Positions 18,017 to 25,483 of a stretch of 31,638 nt of DNA are shown here, in pieces. The notes under the pieces were generated by a model, which ran no database searches, was not told the origin of the DNA, and saw only the letters and a program-made list of their open reading frames with translations. The position numbers and the translations under genes are program-made. Origin of the DNA: a bacterium (GTDB taxonomy: Bacteria > RBG-13-61-14 > DATKZS01); contig JAWOBU010000098.1 in NCBI GenBank assembly GCA_046484135.1, positions 1-31,638 on the forward strand, in the 5' to 3' direction. Within the stretch, counting starts at the first letter, position 1. The number at the start of each line of letters is the position of its first letter.

Positions 18017-19663
18017 ATGTCTGAAGAAGTAAAGAAAACCCCGGAAGAGATGTTGCAGATTGATTTCCGCCCTCCCCGGACGGGGTGGATGGACACCCCG
18101 GTGGAGTTCAAGCGGGGCTACTATAATTATCCTTCCACTAAAAAGAGCCTGGAGTACCTTGGCCTTCCCTATCCCCGCAAGTGGAGCCCCAAAGACGACG
18201 ACTGGCAGCTCCCGGAGGACTGGAAAAAACAGGTCCTGGACGGTATGCGCGAGAGGCTAATCAAGTACCGGTCCTTCAAGATATTCATGGACTGCTGCGT
18301 GCGTTGCGGCGCCTGCGCTGACAAGTGCCACTTCTTCCTGGGCTCGGGAGACCCCAAGAACATGCCGGTTTTGCGGGCCGAGCTTCTGCGGTCCATCTAC
18401 AAGAAGGACTACACCATGGCGGGCAAAATCTTCGGCAGGATCGCGGGCGCCCGGGAGCTTACTTACGACGTAATCAAGGAGTGGTTCTACTACTTCTACC
18501 AGTGCACGGAGTGCCGCCGCTGCTCGGTGTTCTGCCCCTACGGCATAGACACCGCGGAGATAACCATGATGGGCAGGGAGCTCTTGGCCCTCATCGGAGT
18601 ATCCATTGACTGGATCACGACCCCCATCATGAACTGCTTCCGGACCGGCAACCACCTGGGCATCCTGCCGCACGGCTTCAAGGACTCGGTGGACTTTGCG
18701 GCGGAAGACCTCTACGACACCACGGGTGTAAAAGTGGAAGCTCCCATCAACAAGAAGGGGGCGGAGGTACTGGTGATTACTCCTTCCGCTGATTACTTCG
18801 CCGACCCCCATATCTTCACCTTCCTTGGGTACCTGGCCCTGTTCCACGAGATCGGGCTGGACTACACCTGGAGCTCGTTCGCGTCCGAGGGAGGCAACTT
18901 CGGGCTGTTCCACTCCTTCGAGTCCATGAAGCGGTTGAACGCCAAGATGTACGAGGAGGCCGAGCGGCTGGGCGTGAAATGGATTCTGGGCCTCGAGTGC
19001 GGTCACATGTGGCGGGTGGTCCACCAGTACATGGATAGCTTGAACGGACCGGCCGATTTTCTGGAGGAGCCGGTGTCCCCTATCACCGGGACCAGGTTCG
19101 AGAACGCGAAGCAGACCAAGATGGTCCACATAGCCGAGTTCACCGCGGACCTGATCCGGAACAACAAGCTCAAGCTGGACCCCTCCCGGAACGACCACTG
19201 GCGGATCACTTACCATGACTCCTGCAACCCGGCCCGGGCCATGGGGCTTCTGGAAGAGCCGCGCTACATACTGCGGCACGCGACCAATAACTTCTTCGAG
19301 ATGCCGCCGGACACCATCCGGGAGAAGACCTTCTGCTGCGGGTCCGGCGCCGGCCTGGGAACGGACGAGAACATGGAGATGCGTTTGCGGGGCGGCCTTC
19401 CCCGCGGGCACGCCGTCAAGTACGTTCGCGACAAGCACGATGTCAACATCCTCCTTTGCATGTGCGCCATTGACAAGGCCACCCTGCCGGCGGTGGTGGA
19501 CTACTGGGCGCCTCCGGTGCAGGTGGGCGGCGTGCACGAGATGGTGGGCAACGCCCTGGTCATGCGGGGAGAGAAGGAAGACCGGTCGGTAGACCTTCGC
19601 GGCAACCCTTGCGGTCTGCCTTCCGAAAGCTCGGGCACGGAAGAAGAAAAGGCGGGTGAGTAA
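18017..19663 (+). CDS. dsrK: DsrK, HdrD-like Fe-S catalytic subunit
   Basis: CVRCGACADKCH, CTECRRCSVFCPYGID, ECGH, HDSCN and TFCCG (CCG domain). Confidence 0.97.
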   Translation: MSEEVKKTPEEMLQIDFRPPRTGWMDTPVEFKRGYYNYPSTKKSLEYLGLPYPRKWSPKDDDWQLPEDWKKQVLDGMRERLIKYRSFKIFMDCCVRCGACADKCHFFLGSGDPKNMPVLRAELLRSIYKKDYTMAGKIFGRIAGARELTYDVIKEWFYYFYQCTECRRCSVFCPYGIDTAEITMMGRELLALIGVSIDWITTPIMNCFRTGNHLGILPHGFKDSVDFAAEDLYDTTGVKVEAPINKKGAEVLVITPSADYFADPHIFTFLGYLALFHEIGLDYTWSSFASEGGNFGLFHSFESMKRLNAKMYEEAERLGVKWILGLECGHMWRVVHQYMDSLNGPADFLEEPVSPITGTRFENAKQTKMVHIAEFTADLIRNNKLKLDPSRNDHWRITYHDSCNPARAMGLLEEPRYILRHATNNFFEMPPDTIREKTFCCGSGAGLGTDENMEMRLRGGLPRGHAVKYVRDKHDVNILLCMCAIDKATLPAVVDYWAPPVQVGGVHEMVGNALVMRGEKEDRSVDLRGNPCGLPSESSGTEEEKAGE

Positions 19664-19665
19664 AG

Positions 19666-20049
19666 ATGCATGACACCGGTAAGATATTGTTGGGCCTTCT
19701 GGTTTTCCTGGTGTTAATGGCCAGTCCTTTCTGGTACAACACCACCATAGGCTCGGGCGTCGAGGTCCCGGACTTGGCCGATCCCAAGGGCGAGTACTGT
19801 ATCAAGGACACGGAGTGGATGAGGCCCAATCACATGGACCTGTTGGACGACTGGAGGGACGAGGTGGTCCGGGAAGGAGACCGCGAGAAGGTGGAAGGCC
19901 TGGACGGAAAGATGTACGAAAAGAGCCTTACCGAGACCTGCATGGATTGTCATGATGACCGGGCGAAGTTCTGCGACGAGTGCCACAACTATGCCGCGGT
20001 GGACCCGTTCTGCTGGGATTGCCACGTGGAAAGCTGGGAGAGCGAGTAA
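19666..20049 (+). CDS. dsrJ: DsrJ, periplasmic triheme cytochrome c
   Basis: N-terminal TM helix, C...MRPNHMDLLDDWRDEVVR, and three CxxCH motifs (CMDCH, CDECH, CWDCH). Confidence 0.96.
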   Translation: MHDTGKILLGLLVFLVLMASPFWYNTTIGSGVEVPDLADPKGEYCIKDTEWMRPNHMDLLDDWRDEVVREGDREKVEGLDGKMYEKSLTETCMDCHDDRAKFCDECHNYAAVDPFCWDCHVESWESE

Positions 20050-20822
20050 TGGGCATAGATAAAAGAAATTTCATGAAGGTATCGGGTCTGGCTCTTTTGG
20101 GACTGGGCGCCCGGACCGGCGAAAAGGTGACGGGCGAGCACGGCCGGGACGCGTCCTTGGAGGGCACGAGATGGGCCATGGTAGTAGACACCCGGAAGTG
20201 CAAGGAGGACTGCACCGCCTGTATAGACGCCTGTCACACCGTTCACAACGTTCCGGACATCGAGGGCGCAAAGCACGAGATCAAGTGGATATGGAAGGCC
20301 CCCTACGAGCACTCCTTCGCCGTTTCCCACCAGGATTACCGGGTCATACCCACCCACCTCAAGGGCAAGCCGGTGATGGTGTTATGCAACCATTGCGATG
20401 AGCCTCCCTGCGTGCGGGTGTGTCCCACCCAGGCCACCTTCAAACGCGAGTCGGACGGCATCGTGATGATGGACTATCACCGCTGCATCGGGTGCCGGTT
20501 CTGCATGGCCGGCTGTCCCTACGGCTCGCGAAGCTTCAACTACGTGGACCCGCAGGGATACCTGGACATGGACCATCTCAAGAACCATTTCCCCACCCGG
20601 ACCAAGGGAGTTGTGGAGAAATGCAACTTCTGCGCGGAAAGGCTCGCGAACGGACAGGAGCCGGCCTGTGTCGAGGCCTGCCAAAAAGACGGGGAAGGCG
20701 CCCTGGTGTTCGGTGATCTGAACGACCCCCACTCGAAGGTCAACGAGCTCATCAAGACGAACCACACCATCAGAAGGAAGCCGGAGCTGGGCACCATGCC
20801 CATGGTCTATTACATAGTGTGA
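20049..20822 (+). CDS. dsrO: DsrO, periplasmic polyferredoxin (NrfC-like)
   Basis: Tat-like signal KRNFMK, then LCNHCDEPPCVRVCP, CIGCRFCMAGCPYG and VEKCNFC...PACVEAC. Start coupled to the dsrJ stop (TAATG at 20047-20051). Confidence 0.95.
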   Translation: MGIDKRNFMKVSGLALLGLGARTGEKVTGEHGRDASLEGTRWAMVVDTRKCKEDCTACIDACHTVHNVPDIEGAKHEIKWIWKAPYEHSFAVSHQDYRVIPTHLKGKPVMVLCNHCDEPPCVRVCPTQATFKRESDGIVMMDYHRCIGCRFCMAGCPYGSRSFNYVDPQGYLDMDHLKNHFPTRTKGVVEKCNFCAERLANGQEPACVEACQKDGEGALVFGDLNDPHSKVNELIKTNHTIRRKPELGTMPMVYYIV

Positions 20823-20829
20823 GGTTGAC

Positions 20830-21993
20830 ATGTTTGACAAGATTATCTACGGCAGTCGTAAGTATTATGCCTGGGTGATATTCCTGCTCCTGGTAATGGG
20901 CGTCGGCTTTGTCCTCTACCTGTACCAGCTTCAGGTGGGACTGGGTGTAACCGGCATGTCCCGCGACGTGTCCTGGGGATTCTACATAGCCCAGTTTACC
21001 TTCCTGGTCGGGGTGGCGGCCTCCGGGCTCATGGTGGTCCTGCCCTACTACCTGCACGACTACAAGGCCTTCGGCAAGATCACCATCCTGGGAGAGTTCC
21101 TGGCGGTGGGCTCCGTCATCATGTGCATGACCTTTATCTTCGTGGACATGGGAAAGCCCGAACGGGTCATGAACGTGATACTGCATCCTACTCCCAACTC
21201 CATCATGTTCTGGGACATGCTGGTCCTGTCCGTGTACCTGTTGCTTAACCTGGTGATAGCTTTCCCGATCATGGCCGCGGAGAAAAAGGGACTGCCGCCG
21301 CCCTACTGGTACTTAAAGCCCGTCATTTACCTGTCCATTGCATGGGCGCCGCTCATCCACACGGTCACCGCGTTTCTGTACGCCGGCCTGCCCGGAAGGC
21401 ACCTGTGGCTCACCGCCATCATGGCGGCGCGGTTTCTGGCGTCCGCGTTCGCTGCCGGCCCGGCCCTGCTTATAATCCTGTATCTCATCATGACCCGGGT
21501 GACTAACTGGACCGCGGGGGACAAGCCGCTCCGGAAGATCGCCGAGATCGTGGTCTACGCCATGATAGCCAACATGTTCTTCCTGGCGCTCGAGTTCTTC
21601 ACCGCCTTTTACAGCAACATCCCGGGCCACGAGCACTCGCTTGCTTATCTGTTCTTCGGCCTGCATGGCGAGACCAACTGGCTCATGCCCTTTATGTGGG
21701 CCTCGGTGATCATCGGGCTCGGGTCTATAATACTCATGCTGTTTCCGCAGGTGCGGCGAAACAACGCCCTGCTGGTGTTGGGCTGCATAGGTATCTTTGT
21801 GGCCTGCTGGATAGACAAAGGACTCGGCCTTATCGTGGGCGGATTTATACCCAATCCCTTGAACTACGTGCGGGGGTATACTCCCACTCTGGTCGAGCTC
21901 GGGATTTCTGCGGCTGTTTTCGCGCTGGGCGCGCTTATCATAACCGTGCTTTACAAGATGGTCGCGGGCGTGCGGGAGGAAGCGGAGGCTTAA
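20830..21993 (+). CDS. dsrP: DsrP, NrfD/PsrC-family membrane subunit
   Basis: TGMSRDVSWGFYIAQFTFLVGVAAS, DMGKPER, IHTVTAFLYAGLPGR, ARFLASAF and WIDKG. Confidence 0.96.
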   Translation: MFDKIIYGSRKYYAWVIFLLLVMGVGFVLYLYQLQVGLGVTGMSRDVSWGFYIAQFTFLVGVAASGLMVVLPYYLHDYKAFGKITILGEFLAVGSVIMCMTFIFVDMGKPERVMNVILHPTPNSIMFWDMLVLSVYLLLNLVIAFPIMAAEKKGLPPPYWYLKPVIYLSIAWAPLIHTVTAFLYAGLPGRHLWLTAIMAARFLASAFAAGPALLIILYLIMTRVTNWTAGDKPLRKIAEIVVYAMIANMFFLALEFFTAFYSNIPGHEHSLAYLFFGLHGETNWLMPFMWASVIIGLGSIILMLFPQVRRNNALLVLGCIGIFVACWIDKGLGLIVGGFIPNPLNYVRGYTPTLVELGISAAVFALGALIITVLYKMVAGVREEAEA

Positions 21994-22202
21994 AGGAAGG
22001 AAAGAGCCGAAAACAGGAGGACTGGCCGGTACCCGGTGGCAGCGTTTTAACTCGCGGGGCGATAAAGGGTTTCCGGCGGGAAGAATCCAGGGCTCTTTAC
22101 CTCATCCTTTATAAATATCGAGGTCAGTTGTTGGCGTGGTACCGCCTGAACCGACTAACGAGGACGAACCGTCCGAGCAGAAATAACAAAAGGAGAGAAA
22201 AG

Positions 22203-22391
22203 ATGTGGAAAGTAACAGTTGACAAGGAAAAGTGTGACGGCTGTGAAAGTTGTGTGGACATCTGTCCCTTCGAGGTGTTCGAGATGCAGGACGACGGAAC
22301 CTCCGAGCCCGTCAACATGGACGAGTGCGAAGGGTGCATGAGCTGCGTCGAGTCCTGTCCCCAGGAAGCCATCACAGTAGAAGAAGTCTGA
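22203..22391 (+). CDS. 2[4Fe-4S] ferredoxin (62 aa)
   Basis: MWKVTVDKEKCDGCESCVDICP...CEGCMSCVESCPQEAI with two CxxCxxCxxxCP motifs. Acidic. AGGAG RBS. Confidence 0.93.
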   Translation: MWKVTVDKEKCDGCESCVDICPFEVFEMQDDGTSEPVNMDECEGCMSCVESCPQEAITVEEV

Positions 22392-22410
22392 GCAAAACAA
22401 AAACCATCGA

Positions 22411-22446
22411 AACAAGGCCCCGGTCTAACCACCGGGGCCTTTGTTG
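22411..22446. terminator. Intrinsic terminator, possibly bidirectional, after the ferredoxin gene
   Basis: AGGCCCCGGT-ctaacc-ACCGGGGCCT forms a 10-bp stem followed by TTGTTG, between convergent genes. Confidence 0.8.
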
Positions 22447-22519
22447 TCACCACCTTATTATCGCCACACGTCACAAGCAAAAACTTGCATAATCCTCGTG
22501 CGAGCGGCGTAAGCCGCGA

Positions 22520-25207
22520 TCAGCCGCCGCCATCATAGTGCAGAATCATGCCCTCGCTTCCCACCGCGAATGCCTCCTCGTCCGGCAGGCACCAAACGCC
22601 GTGCAGGGTATCCGTGGTGTTTGTCCACATCTCCGTCCACGAGCCGCCGTCGTAATGGAGCACCTCGCCGAACTGGCCCACCGCGTAAACGTTGTTTTCT
22701 GAGGTGCCGAACACGTCTTTTAACTCTCTCGAGAAGCCGCTGTTCATTTTCGACCACGCGCTGCCGTCATAATGGAGGATGACGCCGCTGCTTCCGACTG
22801 CAAAGATGTCAGTGGGGGACGCTCCCCATACATCCTGGAGGTCCGCGGTGGTTCCGCTCTGCATCAACGTGAAGTCGTGGCCGTCATAATGATAGACGGT
22901 GCCGCCATCACCGACCATGTATACGTTAGCTGTGGGGTCTGCCGACTGGGCGGGGCCCAGCATGGTTTCCGTGGTCTTGACGACCGGAGTCATGACTTCG
23001 GTTGATCCTGCCCACACTCCCTTAAAATTAACGTCCGACTCGAACCATATACTGGCCCACTTGCCGCCGCCGTCATATTTCAGCACAGTGCCGTTATCGC
23101 CTACTACCCATTTGCCATAAGTTGCGGAGTTCCAGACATCCGTGAGCCAGGCGTTGGTGTCCTCCTGCATCTCGCTCCATGAACTGCCGTCATACCGAAT
23201 TATGGTGCTTCCTCCCACCGCTATGATGTCGGAAGCGGAAGCGCCGTCAATCTCGTGCCAGGGGCTTATGAACCTGCCTTTCATAACCGGCCTCCACTCG
23301 CTTCCATCGTAATGAAGCATGGAGCCCATGGGACCTATGGCGTACACGTTGTCAGCGGAAGCTCCCCACACGTCCAGCAGGGTGTTTTCCTCCACCGTTC
23401 GCGAGAGCTTATGCCAGCATTGGCCGCCCCGGTGAAGGATAGCGCCGTCAAAGCCCACTGCCAGCATGTCCGTAGGCGAGCCGTCCACCCCGTAAAGACT
23501 CTTCAAGGTCCCGGAGCGAAGCTCCTTCCAATTGCCGTTGTTATAAGACCAGATGTTCGAGTAATTTCCGCCCGTGTAAACGGTCGAGCCTATAGCGGTA
23601 AGTGCCATCAGGTTCCGTGCGCCCGGAAACTGCAAAGTGCTCCATGTACTGCCGTCATAATGGACAACCAGTCCGTCCTTGCCTGCCACGTACACGTCAT
23701 CGCTCGATGTGCCCCAGACCTCGTCAAACGCCCATTTATAACCTAGGTTCTTTTTAGACCACGAGCTGCCGTTGAAATGTAAGACGGTCCCGTCATAGCC
23801 CACCGCGTAAATGTCGCTTGCGGAGCTGCCCCAGATGTCGTTTAAGAAGGCGTTGAACTGCGCGGTCTCCGACCAGACGGAACCGTTATAATGCAGGATA
23901 TAGCCGCCGCCGGTGGCCGCGTACACATTGTCGGAAGCAAAGCCCCAGAAACCGTTAACATCGTAGCCATAAAGAATTTCATCCTCCATGGGCGAGCCGT
24001 CATAATGAAAGGAGGCCACATCTCCGCCGATATAAACGTCATCACAAGTATTGGCCCACACAGCATCGAACTCCTCATAAGGATACCCCTGATAAGGCAA
24101 CTGCTGCCAGCTTCCGTTTTCGTACTCGTAAAAAGCAGGGTCGCCAGTTCCGCGATCTCCTACTGCAAATACCTTGGAAGAGCATGCATGAACATCATGC
24201 AAATCCTCTTTATCAATGGACTGAACCGACCAGGAACCTCCGTTATAGAGGCTCACGCTTCCCCGGTCACCTACCGCGAACAGCCCCATGGCCGACGAGC
24301 CCCACATGGCGTTTACCTCGCGGTTCAAGTGCAGGTTTTGCCAGGAGTTGCCGTCGTAGCGCAGGACCTTGCCTTTCTGGCCCGCGGCGTAGATTTCGTC
24401 CGGCGAGTACCCGAACACGGTGTGGAGCTGTTCTTTGGTGGGCGTCTGCATCTGCGACCAGGCACTCCCGTCATAATTCAGGATGACGCCTTTATCGCCT
24501 ACCGCGTATACACTTGAACCGGAAAGTCCCCATACGTCATAGAGCCTCGCGGACGTGCCGCTCTGCATCCTGGTAAAGGTTTGGCCGTCATAATGGATTA
24601 TGGTGCCGCCGTCGCCCACCGCGTACACGCTCGAGCCGGATGCGCCCCAGATACCGCGCAGGTCGCCGGAGACGCCGCTCGTTAACTTGTTTACACTCTG
24701 TCCGTCATAATGAGCAAACGTATCCTTCTCGCCTACTGCAAAAAGGTCGGAAGAAGAAGTGCCCCACACGTCATAAAGATGCTCGGTAAAACCGGTCTTG
24801 GTCCTCGACCAGGAGCTGCCGTCGTAATGGAGGAGATGGCCGTAATCCCCTACTGCGAAAAGGTCCTCCGGCGATTTCCCCCATAAGCCGTAGATGTTGT
24901 CCACCCGGATGCCGGCAAGCGACATGCCCGTCCACTTGTCGCCGTTCCAGTGGACCACGGTGCGGTTATCTCCCGCCGCAAACACCTCGTTTTGGTCCGA
25001 CATCCACACGTCCCGCAAGGTCTCATCGGTGGGGAGCGGGTTCTGCCGGCACCAGCCGTCAACCGAGCAGACCTCGGAAGCCTCGCCTATCTCGTAAGCG
25101 CCCGGAGCGGCGTAGTCATCATCACCGCCGCCGTCTCCACCGCACGAGCTGAAAACAAAAGATAATGTGAACAACGCCAACACGACAAAGCATTTGCGTA
25201 TCATCAT
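22520..25207 (-). CDS. Lipoprotein with 21 ~40-aa beta-propeller repeats (WD40/YVTN/BNR-like)
   Basis: Signal peptide and lipobox VFSS-C. Repeated L.DVWG.S..D.(F/Y)AVG..G...HYDG..W units. Confidence 0.88.
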   Translation of the reverse strand: MMIRKCFVVLALFTLSFVFSSCGGDGGGDDDYAAPGAYEIGEASEVCSVDGWCRQNPLPTDETLRDVWMSDQNEVFAAGDNRTVVHWNGDKWTGMSLAGIRVDNIYGLWGKSPEDLFAVGDYGHLLHYDGSSWSRTKTGFTEHLYDVWGTSSSDLFAVGEKDTFAHYDGQSVNKLTSGVSGDLRGIWGASGSSVYAVGDGGTIIHYDGQTFTRMQSGTSARLYDVWGLSGSSVYAVGDKGVILNYDGSAWSQMQTPTKEQLHTVFGYSPDEIYAAGQKGKVLRYDGNSWQNLHLNREVNAMWGSSAMGLFAVGDRGSVSLYNGGSWSVQSIDKEDLHDVHACSSKVFAVGDRGTGDPAFYEYENGSWQQLPYQGYPYEEFDAVWANTCDDVYIGGDVASFHYDGSPMEDEILYGYDVNGFWGFASDNVYAATGGGYILHYNGSVWSETAQFNAFLNDIWGSSASDIYAVGYDGTVLHFNGSSWSKKNLGYKWAFDEVWGTSSDDVYVAGKDGLVVHYDGSTWSTLQFPGARNLMALTAIGSTVYTGGNYSNIWSYNNGNWKELRSGTLKSLYGVDGSPTDMLAVGFDGAILHRGGQCWHKLSRTVEENTLLDVWGASADNVYAIGPMGSMLHYDGSEWRPVMKGRFISPWHEIDGASASDIIAVGGSTIIRYDGSSWSEMQEDTNAWLTDVWNSATYGKWVVGDNGTVLKYDGGGKWASIWFESDVNFKGVWAGSTEVMTPVVKTTETMLGPAQSADPTANVYMVGDGGTVYHYDGHDFTLMQSGTTADLQDVWGASPTDIFAVGSSGVILHYDGSAWSKMNSGFSRELKDVFGTSENNVYAVGQFGEVLHYDGGSWTEMWTNTTDTLHGVWCLPDEEAFAVGSEGMILHYDGGG

Positions 25208-25483
25208 GGTCTCCTTTCTGATCTCGGGCGGGTTTTACAAAAAACACCTCTTTTTAGTAACTACTGAATAATAAAGCACTTTTCCCCTCACTCTTGATAT
25301 AAAAAATCTGATGATTAGGCTCGGGGATTGTCAAGGGGGTGTTCGTGAAGGAGTTGCCCCATTTCCGTTTTTTGTGCTTGACTTGAAAAATGCAGTATAC
25401 TTAGTATCACATGTCAGGCGGGGAGTGTGCCCGTTCAGCCCGCCTCTTTATTAACAATATATTCATTTCGTAAGGAGAAAGTC

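Noticed and set aside
12088..21993. Oxidative (reverse) Dsr pathway
   Set aside because: No dsrEFH or dsrL in the window, and the DsrAB and DsrK sequences read as reductive type. Direction is not proven without a phylogeny.
21696..22202. N-terminal extension of the ferredoxin ORF (231 aa in the track)
   Set aside because: It overlaps dsrP out of frame. The real start is ATG 22203 after AGGAG.
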